This document shows positions 1 through 19,510 of a stretch of DNA of 64,000 nucleotides, piece after piece. Every line of letters begins with the position of its first letter. Within the stretch, counting starts at the first letter, position 1. This DNA comes from Antedon mediterranea (lineage: Eukaryota > Animalia > Echinodermata). The translations under genes were made by a program, and so were the position numbers. The stretch is taken from NCBI RefSeq assembly GCF_964355755.1, contig NC_092675.1:23532912-23596911 (forward strand). The letters run 5' to 3'. The notes under the pieces were generated by a model. The model did not search any database and had not been told where the DNA came from. It worked only from the letters and a program-made list of their open reading frames with translations.

Positions 1-58
1 TTTTGTGAAAAGGGCATTATATAAATTATTGAAAATAAAATAACAATTTAAAGGATAT

Positions 59-3000
59 ACACCAGGATAACCTTTGCTTCCATATGCAAAATCAGGAGGA
101 CAGGTGAGGACTGCTCGTTCTCCTTTACTCATCTGAAATAAACAATAAATAAAATATTAACAATGTTACAAACATACATATATGTTGGGCTTATTGCTGC
201 ATTACACAACATCTTTAAAGCTCTGTGTACACTATCAAACTAGTTTGACAACAAAAGTGTGATGTGCCCAAATATGGTAGTAATATGACATCATCATGTC
301 CATATATGGGCACATCACATTTTTTTGTCACATAAAGTTTGATAGTCTAAACAGAGCAATTTTAGAATTTAAATTATTAAAAAAAAAAGATTACAGTATG
401 AATTCTCTTTATTTTGAATGATATGTAGTTTTTTTAACCACTAAATAATCAAATATCTATAGGCTTAGAATTAACATGATCATGATGATAACAATCATGT
501 TCTTGATAGACCTCGAATCAAGGGCTCCAGTAGGTTAAAGCCTTTACCACTAGATAAATCACCACCAAATATTTCGGTTGGGAAACGCTGTTTTCAACAA
601 GGTATTTATTCTCTCTCTATGCTTATATAGCATCCTCTATAATGTCCCATATTATGTCATAATTAAGGTAATGAATTATTCATGATTTCTGCCTTAGTCT
701 CATAGGAAAAAAAATAATGCGGCCTGGCAGTGAAAATAGTTTATACTGTATTAGCCATCATACAATATTCAAAAGCCCATTTTGATTTCAATGTTAGCCC
801 ACCCGTGGTTAGATGACGTAGTAGTGCAGACTTTCAACTTATTGGTATGGCCCCATTCATAGGGAGCAGTAAGTGATCACATCTGCAGAGTATTTTATTT
901 TATTACACTTGTAACATTATCAACATTAATGATTGTAATTCTTCTCTATTACAATTATGAGATAAATATAAAAAAGAAGATGGATGATGAACTTCTCCAT
1001 TGGACCAACAAGTAATTACAGTCAAATCTAATTGGACTGGAATAAAAAAGTTGAAGTTATCCGAACTTCAACATGACAAATTTGTAAAAACAATGCTCCG
1101 AATAGTACACAGTACTGCTCTCTGCACAAACATGGAATGACTCATGCTGAGCATTTAATTGAGTTTATTAAATTCTAGGCTTTGATTTTAACGCTAATAG
1201 TAATATGTACTGTATTGTTCAGTTCAAATTTCAAGTTTATTGTAAACAATATGATAATAAAGAACATACATTAATAAATAACAATTGTGTGAGGAGGACG
1301 CATTAAGCCAAGGCTTTAAGTTTGGTCCTCCATTGTACTGTATTAAGCAAATAAAAAATTATTCATTTTCATTCTTCTGTCTACCAGGGAAGCAAAACTC
1401 AGACAACAATACACCACCAGATTGAGAGAGAACTGATATTTTCCCATACTATCACCTCTCTCAGTTTGTTATCCGTATCATTTTCATCTGCATTTTGAGT
1501 TTGTTGGAAATCAGACTTAAGCCGATTTTCCACTAGGCGAATTTGTTCGCGCGAATCAAAGGCGTCAGCTAATACGCATGCGTAGATAAGGATTTGGAAG
1601 ACGTAAACATGAATACACATGCGTACAAGCTGGCGCGTTCGATTCGCGCGAACAAATTCGCCTAGTGGAAAATCGGCTTTATACCAAAACCACTAAAGAA
1701 TGTGTATACTGTACTGTATAGTATTAGTTACACAGAATGTATAGGTATAGGAATTTCGACATAGGTGGAGTCAACTGTAATTTTGTAAACTGTTATTAAA
1801 GCAAGATAATACAAAAAACAACCTTAGCAACGCCGACGTCCCATCCTTTTATGACTTGACCTGCTCCTAATTTAAATTTGAAGGGCTTGCCACGATCACG
1901 AGATGAATCAAACTTTGTTCCATCTGTCAAAGTTCCTAAAATACAGTAAAAGGTACACAAACAATTGTAAACTATACAATGACAAAAAAATGTCAACTGA
2001 TGCTACTGTATTAAAAAGAAAAAGCGAACCCAAAGAATAGGTTACTGTCTCCATCAAATGCAAGGGTTTATGCATTTATGCAAAGTTGATTATCTCAGTA
2101 CAGGTACTTTTATATTGTACTAACCTTAATAGAATTTTGGTATGGAATCACTGTGCCCTACTACTACTAATGTATTTATTTACCATTTTTGAAATACTGT
2201 AGTAGTGTTACAATAATAATCTACAAGATCCAAATATTTTGGAAGTATTCTGAAAAAATTCGATGGGAAAGGAATTACATAACTAGCAAACAACAGACTT
2301 AATGCTTTATACTGTTCCTGTAATTGATTAATATTTACATACCTGTATAATGAACTTCTACTGTTTGGCCATTCTTAGGAAAATTGGAACCTAAAAATAA
2401 AAGACAAAATGTTATGAATATCATGCTAACTTCATGAATTGGGCTGAACAATGTAAAAATACAAAACGGAAAGGAAATATGCGAATGTTCGTTCTTAGGA
2501 AACTTAATAAATTTGGAGTGGAAAAGTTAATATTAAATTTGTTCTAATCATCAGTGGTTGAAAGTGTCATCGCTTTCTGCTGTATTTCTACAGTATGGTG
2601 TGAAAAATGTAAAGAAGAAGATAAAACTTCTATCCAACGCATCATGAAGAAATGTGACCTAATCACAGAAATGAATTATTCGCTGAAGGAAATATGTCAT
2701 AAATGTATTAAATCTAAACCACTAATGTTCAGAAAGAAGCAAAACACCCGCTATATAGTAAATCATAAAATGTGCTCCTAGAGAAATGATCTGTATTGAT
2801 CTATTAGATGTAGCCGAGAGATATAAAAGATACTGTGTTCCTTATTCGATCAGGTTGTATAACGCTGAATAATAATGAAGATAGCATAGTAAAGTCAGAA
2901 TTTTTATTTATTCTTTTAGCCAGTTTTATTGCATATTTTAACTAATTATTGGAACCTGTATAATGTAATGTTTATTGTATTTTTGACGTTCTTATTTGTT

Positions 3001-5853
3001 GCTTTTAAAATGTTGTATCCCCGTAGTATTCAGGTCTGTTTTTAATATATTGATTGTTTTAAATAATAGAAATATTGTATAATATTACATAGCCTATGTA
3101 AATACGCGAACGTGATTGGATGAAACTGCATCACATGACTACCGCTGCGAGGATCGTAAATCGTATATATCCTCGAGAACGATGATATTGACTGAGTAAT
3201 TTTCGCGTAATTATCGTGTCCCCTGTCATTAAACATACAAATTCTCGAGTACGATGATATTGACTGTGTAATTTTCGTGTGGCAACACTCGTGTTTGCCG
3301 ATAAACAAAAGTCATCTACTCGATCTTGAACTCGGGTGGAATTGTCACGCCATCGCAAGACAACGCTTCAACCGCTGCGCCACGTAACTTGCTTGAAGAA
3401 ATTAATCATCTAAACTATTTAAACTATGCATACATAGCGCCCTCCTTTGTTATTAGTCCACCCTAAATGTGATGAAACACCGTTTGTGATTGGTCAATAC
3501 TCACGGTAGTAACCTAGTTACTAGTACGCGCTGAACATCCGGTGATTCGGCTCTCCTCGAAGAGAAGAAGACGAATTGTTTATTCGGCCTACCTGATTAT
3601 AATATTATTATTAATAGGCTTATTGATGGAAATTCTTCTGTTAATTTAAACGACCTAGGTCTAAGTGAATATTTTATTGCCAAGGAATCATTAATTAGTA
3701 ATTATCTGTATATTATTCTTCGCAAGGTAAGGTGTCTAGGCAGGCTTGTTTAAATACAATACAAATACTATATCAGGCCTAGCCTAGCTTCACCCAACCC
3801 AGCAGCAGACTTGTTCTTGGCTATATAATATAACAGATATTGCCTTTTATATCGGTTAAATATAAGATTTGACATCCCCTCGGGAATGATATTAAGTTCT
3901 CGGGGAATATATATTTCCCTCAGCTGGTGCTTCGGGAAATATATATTCCCTCGAACATAATATCATTCCCTCGGGGATGTCAAATCTTATATTTAACCTC
4001 TAAACAGTCAATATCTGTATAATATTTACCCCTTATTATACATTTTTAAATTTTTAAAATGTACTCATATTATTTCCATTTTAATTGGAAAAATAAATTG
4101 AATCTTGAATTAGTACTATAATACTGTAGTACTAATTCAAGATTGAAAAAGCCTGACAAATAGTATTTGTCAGGCTTTTTGTGTACAATGAAACTGTATC
4201 TTTGTCTTTTTAAAATTATTTTGTCCTTTTGTTTTTAAACGTCTTTGTTTCCCCAGATATTAAAAACATAGTTTATTACTGATTTATTTATTATTTATTC
4301 AACTTCTCACTAACACTGTTAGTGAAGGATCGGGACCAACAGGTGGTAAACACCTCTAAAACGGTCCAGTCCCAATTGCACAGTTTCTGTGTGTGACAGT
4401 GGCTGTGTTTTGTGTGGACTAGTACACCGGGGCAACCCCCCTACTCGTCTCGAAAGATGTACTAGGTTCTTTAAAGTGCACATGAGCTATGTGTACACTG
4501 GACCTACGGTTTATAGTCCTTATCCGAGAAGACTCGTTCTACCACCAGAACCATAGAGCGAGTGAGCCTCGAACTCTTGCCGATGTTATGGCTACGTAAT
4601 TACGGTTCCACTGTCTTAACCGCTCGGCCACTCACTCATCAAACAATAAATAAATTCAATAGAATTAATTATAAAACAATTATACCAATATTGATTAGGC
4701 CTAGGCCGAGGAATAGAAAAGGCCTCAATCATAAAATAAAATCTACCTGGCAATATCAGCGTCCTATAGCCATTCATGTGAGTGACAGCTGTAATCTGAC
4801 TGAGCATGACCTACCTAGGCCTAAGTTAAAATACAGTTTTAGGAATGCAATTTTACCGTACCTTAACAGCGCCCTCTATAATTACTGTACCTTTTTAGTT
4901 TTTAGAAGTATGGATACGGTACCGTATCTTTAGCCACAGCGAATAATTTACGCAAACGCGTGGCTAAAGATACGGTACCGCATCCTAACTTCCACTTGCT
5001 AAAGGTATGGTAAAACTGCATTAGTTAGGATACGGTACCGTATCTTTTAGCCACAGCATTTAAATAAAATCGATGAAAAGAAAAACCCGGTTCAATTTTG
5101 GCAGTGGGGACTGCTTTTGGCCACAAATTTAGGCCTTGGATCATATTTGTCGTGGATGTCCATTTAATTTATTATATTGAAGTTCATCGGAAGGTCTATA
5201 GGGCATATGACCGGTTGGGCCGCCGACAAGTTGAGCCGCCGGTAATTTCTATGAAACGCCCAGTGCCTCTTTTTACAACATTTCGCGTAGTGATTAGAGT
5301 GGTGTCCTATAGAAAATAGTTCATGGTCTTTAGGTTTTAATTGTGTCATGAAAATAAATAATATATAATTACATATAGGCTACTAGCTAGGCTGGCCCTA
5401 GGCCTAGATAGGCTATAATACTAAAATAGCAAGGCCTACAGTAGCTACCTACTACACAGTACTACTCTAGGCCTACTACTATACTAGCCTAGCTAGTCTA
5501 GTAGGGCCTACGCATAATCATAATTTGCTCTCTAAAATGGGCGCCCTTTCTCTCCTCTAGCTACCACAGTGTAGTACTAGTAGCCCAGATCTAGGCTTAC
5601 TACGATTACCATTAGGACTACTACTACTCTAGACCTACCTAGAGTAGACTAGAGTAGGCCTAGGCTATAGCCTAAAGCCTAGCCTAGCTACTACGGATTA
5701 GTACTAGGCCTAGGTTGGGAGAAGAAATATTATTAGGCCTAGGCCTAGGCCTAGGCCTAGTAATATTACCTTTTTTTTCTAAATTCCAATCCATTATAGG
5801 CCTAATTACTTACCATCACCAGGAGTCAAAATTTCAATGCCTACGTCTGACAT
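59..5853 (-). CDS. FKBP1A: FKBP12-type peptidyl-prolyl cis-trans isomerase (FKBP1A/1B-like), 3'-incomplete in window
   Basis: Exons 5853-5814 ([13 protein letters not shown]), 2390-2343 ([16 protein letters not shown]), 1935-1823 ([38 protein letters not shown]) and 132-59 ([25 protein letters not shown]). GT-AG introns join in phase 1,1,0. Exon 4 is followed by ATATCCTTT (U12 donor); the terminal IPPN..LxFxVELL exon lies left of the window. Symbol given by family; 1A and 1B cannot be distinguished in an invertebrate. Confidence 0.95.
217..357. mobile_element. Short MITE with AGCTCTGT(C/G)TACACTATCAAACT terminal inverted repeats (TTAA-flanked, Kolobok/piggyBac-like)
   Basis: TIRs at both ends; related copies at 20427-20730 (two in tandem) and 26228-26320 (partial). 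Confidence 0.7.
1520..1678. mobile_element. PIF/Harbinger-type MITE
   Basis: About 38-bp TIR AGCCGATTTTCCACTAGGCGAATTTGTTCGCGCGAATC and its reverse complement, flanked by a TTA duplication (1517-1519, 1679-1681). Confidence 0.8.
2430..2870 (+). mobile_element. Decayed 3' end of a Rex1/Babar-like LINE ORF2
   Basis: Translates [38 protein letters not shown] and, after frameshifts, [12 protein letters not shown]; typical post-RT C-terminal region. Confidence 0.7.
3315..3390 (-). repeat. tRNA-derived Pol III head (A and B box) inside a repeat
   Basis: Minus strand reads GTGGCGCAGCGGTTGAAGCG...GAGTTCAAGATC; no convincing cloverleaf. Confidence 0.4.
3833..4018. mobile_element. Foldback (near-perfect palindromic) non-autonomous element
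   Basis: Arms ACAGATATTG..GGTTAAATATAAGATTTGACATCCCCTCGGGAATGATATT..GGGAATATATATTTCCC mirrored around CAGCTGGTG. Confidence 0.7.
4290..4636 (-). mobile_element. tRNA-derived SINE with Deu/Nin-like core
   Basis: Minus strand: A box TGGCCGAGCGG, B box GAGTTCGAGGC, then CGGATAAGGACTATAAACCGTAGGTCC...GCACTTTAAAGAACC...TTTCGAGACGAGTAGGGGGTTGCCCCGGTGT, ending in an (AAT/AAAT)n tail. Fragments also at 30905-31040 and 33788-33830. Confidence 0.75.
4850..5060. repeat. Inverted-repeat element built on GGATACGGTACCGTATCTTTAGCCAC
   Basis: Motif direct at 4912 and 5027, inverted at about 4960-4986. Confidence 0.55.
5380..5805. repeat. Low-complexity TAGGCCTA/CTAG/TAC-rich tract in FKBP intron 1
   Basis: Dense TAGGCCTA, TAGCCTA, TAGGCTA, including four tandem TAGGCC units at 5734-5760; similar tract at 25380-25570 in TCEA intron 1. 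Confidence 0.75.
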
Positions 5854-6810
5854 AATTTACTACGTAGGTAAGTAACTGGTAATTAGGTTTTAAGCAATAA
5901 TATTAAATAACAGCCAACAAGGAACATCAGAAAACGAGCCTGCAAGCCTGCCACACTCTCCATCAAACACGGGGGCCGAGGTGGCGCGCGTGTGCGCACC
6001 TCGACTTCTTCTCTGGCACCCTCTAGAGTTTAGAGCGAGCGGGACGAGAATGTCTAGATTTTATTTTGATGTTATGTATTAGCATGAGGAAGCACCATTA
6101 AAATAATGCTTTAATAATCATTTGGCGCTTTACCTTTCATTTCAATTTATAGCCTGGATAAAATGAAAAAAAAAATAAGTCAATGGCTGTGAAAAAAATA
6201 AATAATTTAAACTAAATTAATTTGTAATAGCATTTAACATTTAGTACATTCTTTGAATTTAACCAGTGGTAGCCTCAAGTAGGCCTACACACCTAGTCTA
6301 TTCATAAGTCCTAGGCTAATATAACTTTATTTATTTTTCAAATTTTATATGCTAATTTTACATCATATTGTTGGCAATTGTTAGGGTTTCTTTTTTAATC
6401 AAAACGGTCATATGCTGGTATCAAACTAATGTGTAGGCTACCTGTGTCAGTACTGCACCATGATCAGATAATGTACACAGTTATTGCAGGTTAGTTTGTT
6501 GTCTACCTAAATTCAAGATAATCGAGAGGAACTTTATACACGTATATAGGCCTTAAGCTCATAATATCAACCAATCAAGCGAGTAATGTATGTAGTAACA
6601 TTGACACAATAGTATAAAGTATTGGGAAAAGGGGGAAGAAGACAAGCGCACAATGGATGAAATATAATGTTGAATAGACCTACAAATGAAAGTGTATAAT
6701 ATAAGATTCACAATACAATTAATTACGAATGAAGAATTATTACAAAAATGCCACAACCTAGTATATTTAATTAGCATATTTACGAAACATGTTTTTCATT
6801 CAGTCTTTCA

Positions 6811-6905
6811 TTACCCCCGCCAATGATGTTGTTATGTAGTCGATCGCACGTGTGTGTTTGTTACTTGGTATAGCATAGTATTTGTATGTTTGTTTGTTAG
6901 CACGA
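6811..6905 (+). mobile_element. 5' fragment of the HINE family seen at 22072-22772
   Basis: TTACCCCCGCCAA...TATGTAGTCGATCG..(TGTT)n matches the reverse complement of 22670-22772. Confidence 0.6.
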
Positions 6906-8589
6906 TGGCGCCTAATTTTCAAGTTATAATTCTGAATTGAAATGACTATTAAGAACTTAAAATCAGGTGGCTAGTATGTTGAAAATGTGTGTGACGGTAG
7001 GAATTGCAAAGATAGCTCACCTATTTCCTAAATACAAGTTTCGTTCCCTCAAGATGACGTTCTAAATATTTTTCTTCATAAATAAAAGAAAAACAATATT
7101 TTTTTTGTAATAATAAAAAAAAAATCCGTAGAGATTCGGACCCGGGAAAAGCTGTAACTACTCAACCCAGATAATTTGCCGTCATATTACGTAATTCGTC
7201 GCGGCGTCATTTAACAACCTTTTGCTAACAATTCTATTCCGATTGATAATTCACTTGCCTACTAAAAACGTCGAAGTGGATTAAAAATTATCATGACTTT
7301 GTTTTTTATTTTGTTTGGGTAATCTTTTTATGAATGATTTTCTATGTTTAGTTTAAAAAAAAAAGTTAAAACCTACTAATGAAACAACTTCATTTTCTAT
7401 AATCACATATTTATGATATTCTAAAATGTCATACCTTTTGTTTAAGTTTTTGATGTAATTCTTTTATATTTATTGAAATTATTACATCACAAAATAATAA
7501 TAATAATGGTAGGATGGGTTCTGAATTCTGATTTTACGAAAACATCATAACTATAGAATGGTCCCGAGAGACATATACTTCGGCTTTATAGTCGATAGAA
7601 GATTGAAATATTGGTTATAGAGAGTATGGTGTTTGATTACATTAGTGTACATGTGTGTATAATAAAAGGATGTTCCGCATTATTATAGATAGATGAAGAT
7701 GGTATAGTTGGATGTAACTACCTCGAATATCAAATCGGTGTTCATGCGATAAATTGGTTAAGCCATGTAGTTTTGGTTAATCCATATTATTTTATACATA
7801 TTTTGAGTTATTATTATGATTATAATATTAAGAAAAATGATATTTGCTAGTATAAATTTCATAATATAAAAATATAGAAAATCAAAGAGATTATGGTGCG
7901 GCTATTCCTGAATTTACAATACTAAATATCGTAAGTTAACTTTATAAATTTTAGTAGATCTTGTCAAGCGCCTATAACCTGCACGTTCCGATATTCAATA
8001 TTACGTTCATCTTAATTACAGTGCTATAAATGGTCATCATGTGTTTTTTCTCATAATTTATCATAACTTATGAATAATGTTTAGTTTTGAAGCTTTGATG
8101 TAAATTTATCGTTGGTGATAAAATGTATAAACATTATATGGGAATATACACAGTTGAATGGAAACACTGGTGGTATTGATAATGATAGGTCTTATCAGAT
8201 ACCATACACTTGCTCGACACTATAGATGTCCTAAATTGATACTTGTTAAATTTACTTTTTTTTTCTAATAGCATTACGTGTACTAAAAAATGAGAACGAC
8301 AAGCTGCAGTTATTGCGCAATATCAATATTCTCAACGTCATGCCATTGATTCTCTCTATCTCAACATAGTTCTATTTCACTACAGTACAGACTTTTGTAT
8401 TCCTTTCAAATGTATTCAAATTTCGATTATTTAAGGTTATATATTTATTTATTCATTATATATTTGTATTATAGGAAAAAAACAAATGTTAGTTTCAAAT
8501 TGAAAGTATCTCTGTAATACTTTTTATTTCTTTGATTAAAGGAACCGTCTTACAGATTTCCTCATTTTCATTGTTTATATATAGTAGGC

Positions 8590-8922
8590 CTATTGGTCCC
8601 CACCAAAAACATGAAAAATGAAGATTGATAAAAAAGGAGACTTTGAATATTTCACTGTTTTTAATAAACTTAGGCCTACTAATTCCGTAGAAAAAATGTT
8701 TTCACTTGTAAAAAGACAAAATAAACTGTTAAATCTAACCAAGAACCCATTGACTTCCAATCAATTTGACTATTAATTTTGCTTTAAATTACAGTTTTTT
8801 CAGGTAAGTTTATATTTGTTTCAATCTAATTTTTGGTCAAAGTGAATATTATGTGCCATTAAAATGGCATATTCAATAAAAACATTTGAAACAATTACTT
8901 TTTTTCAGGGGGACAATCTTTA
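8590..8922 (-). mobile_element. TTAA-flanked MITE (Kolobok-like), inverted copy of 58263-58610
   Basis: Reverse complement aligns by eye along its length with 58263-58610 (TTAAAGAT..TGTCCCCC start, CACTTTGA.CAAAAATT, TTACCT..AAAAACTGTA, TTTTCTACGGAA, TTTGGTGGGG end). Confidence 0.7.
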
Positions 8923-10319
8923 ATTCTTAGTGTATTACTGGTTTAAATTCTCTATGTCTGTTTATAAACAACAAGTATGCCATTGATATCCCGCCATTTT
9001 GTTGCGCGTGCTTACAATGGTAAGATGGGTGTTGAAAGCTTATGATTAATATAGCAGGAACCAAATTAACTCTTTCCTGGTCTATTCTAATAATGAAGTT
9101 GTTTCTTGTCAGCAATATCATTATTATGCAATTGATATAATCATTCTACGTTTATTAATTGCATTATTACAAAACACCATCATGTGTACGCGTTCTCATA
9201 CTAATTTATCACAGCAATATTTTGATATGTTTGGTTTTGTATCTTGAATGTTAATATTGCCTTGGTGATAATAGTATAAGATAGAAACATTATGTGGGAA
9301 TTATACAGGTGAATGTTCTTTAACAATGCTTTTGGTAATTGTTTATCAGTGAAATTTAATTAAACAGATACGGTACTCGCTTGACGAAGATGTCCTATAT
9401 TATTGAAGTACTTATCAATGTATAGTAAACCGTTTGAAGCACAAATTAATGAGCACGCCATATTGCAGACATTTTCCATAATAATATTATACACTTACAC
9501 TGGTATAATAAATTAGGCTGTAGCTATTATTTAGTTTTCTCTTGGTTTTCAAATCAATCTATATTTTTCTGTGTTAAAGTTATAGTGTGGCGAATGGTTT
9601 CATGCAACGTCGGTTGAATAGTGGTAACATCCTAATTGTTGCTTGTGTTTGCAAATATAAGTATGCTCCATAACTCCATCATGTATTGTAGATGGTGAAG
9701 CATTCTATATACTTAAGTTTAGAGTTTACGATTTTTCTGTTTATAAGTTTATTAATATGGATGATATTTCCGAAAAAAAAAATTAATCTAATTGAATGGC
9801 GAAACAATGGAGACTTGTTTAAAAATGGCCAATGGAGAGTGTTATGTGAATACATATTTATTTGAATATTGTGGTTGAGGACTCTCATGGACTGCATCAC
9901 TTTATTTATTTTTTTCTTTATTTTATTTGAATAATATTTAATGAGGGTGATCCATCCAGAATAAGCTGATCATTAGGAACCCTCAAACAACACAAACAGT
10001 AAATACAAAATAAACTATAAAAATACAAAATTAACAAAGATATAAAAAATAAATATATATACATAAATATACATATAACTGAATCAATTATTTTCCATCA
10101 CTTGGTGTTTTTTTTTTAGTTTTTCGGATGCCAATTTTATTGTATCCATCCATCCCTAATGGTAGGATGTCTGTATTTCAACAGAATATTCTGCGGATTG
10201 AATATCGGTTGTGGGCGGATTTTCTCATTCTCCTCATCTTCCACGTTCATTAATTATTTAATGTATCACTGGTCTGAAAATTGATAGGAATAATATAAAC
10301 TAAACTATAACATAATATT

Positions 10320-10535
10320 ACAATCAATCAATCAATCAATCAATCATTATAGCACTGGTTTCCAAAATAGAAAGTTAAGAGGCGCTAAAAGTAAAACAGG
10401 AAGAGCTTCTGTTTATAGGTCTATACAGGTGAGTTTTCAAACGATTTTTAAACGGTATTGGCGTTTTCTGATGTCTTTATGTGTCTATTTAATATTTCAT
10501 CAAATGGGTGCTACACAGGAAAATGCACGATCGTG
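10320..10535 (-). mobile_element. 3' end of an L2-like LINE with (TTGA)n tail
   Basis: Minus strand encodes decayed DRAFSCVAP...KNRLKTHLY, followed by a short 3' UTR and a microsatellite tail ((CAAT)6 on plus). Confidence 0.6.
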
Positions 10536-11456
10536 AATATATTCAATAACGTATCACATGAACTTGCAAATCAACTTCCAAAACACGTATGTTAAAGCAG
10601 ATGGCTTTATCCCATACAAAATATGAAAACAACTTAATCAGATAAATTCGTTTATACTGATATAAATAATTGATATCCTAATAGTTCCATCAAGAATATT
10701 ATTAAATTATACTGAATTATCTGTTCAATTATTTGTATTCGATAATGTGCAAGATATGAAGATAGTGATAATGTGTAAAAACAAACCCATGGACATGTTA
10801 AATACGGACATGTTAAATACAGGACGTCAGTAGGTCTACTTCACATTTCAAGAGACTACGGTACTCATTACAGGTAAGAGGCGGCCAATTAAATATATTA
10901 TAGCTGTAAACGGGTATTGTAGGCCTACTTTAAAGTTTGGCATCTAAACATTTATTACTTACTACTTACTTTACTGCCGGTCCGCCAGATAGTCTGATCA
11001 GGGAGGTGAAAAAATACCCTGGCCTGATGACTTTCCCGCCTCGATTGCTTTGCTTATATCTCGGATTGCTTTTCTCCAGTTTTGTCTGTTTTCAGCTATT
11101 TCCCGAATCGTTTCTATATCTTTTATGCTATTGATCCTAGTGGGGAGTGCAGTTGATGATTGATTTATAAATTAATATTCATTATATAAGTAACAATGTG
11201 TTGTTATTAAAGGAGAGTCTTTAATTCTAATTTAGTGCGCTTTTTCCTTGGAATTTGTTGACTGTGACCTTAATCGCTTATACTATTAAAAACAATTAAT
11301 AAAATCGTGTCGATTAATTTCGTTGCATTGATCGACATTGGTATTTTAGGGCTTTTTAAATAATTGTTTAATAGCCTCTAATGTAATTACTAAATAGTAT
11401 TTAGTAGGCCTAATTAAAATAGGGGCTATTAACTAATTATAGGCATATTATAGAAA

Positions 11457-19293
<7,837 letters not shown>

Positions 19294-19510
19294 AACTTGA
19301 ATGTTAATTTCAGAGTATTAGAAAAATGCATGAATAAATAAATAATAGCATTTATTTTTATTTTTTATCTTAATTTTGTTAAAACACATTTCCAAGACAT
19401 GTTTTAAGATAGTTTCCGCGCCACGTAATTCATTCCCATCAATATACTCGTAACATTTGGATAATATGTTTTGATTGATGCTAAATCTAAACTTGATTAA
19501 ACAGTAAAAG

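Noticed and set aside
1399-1620. 73-aa ORF in FKBP intron 3
   Set aside because: Runs through a Harbinger MITE TIR; the same REQIRLVE peptide arises from the MITE remnant near 16500.
4560-4636. Possible tRNA gene (also 3315-3390)
   Set aside because: A/B boxes present but no proper acceptor/anticodon stems; continues into SINE/repeat body.
8795-8810. Strong-looking donor CAG/GTAAGT as a possible amylase upstream exon
   Set aside because: Lies inside a MITE that has an inverted copy at 58263-58610.
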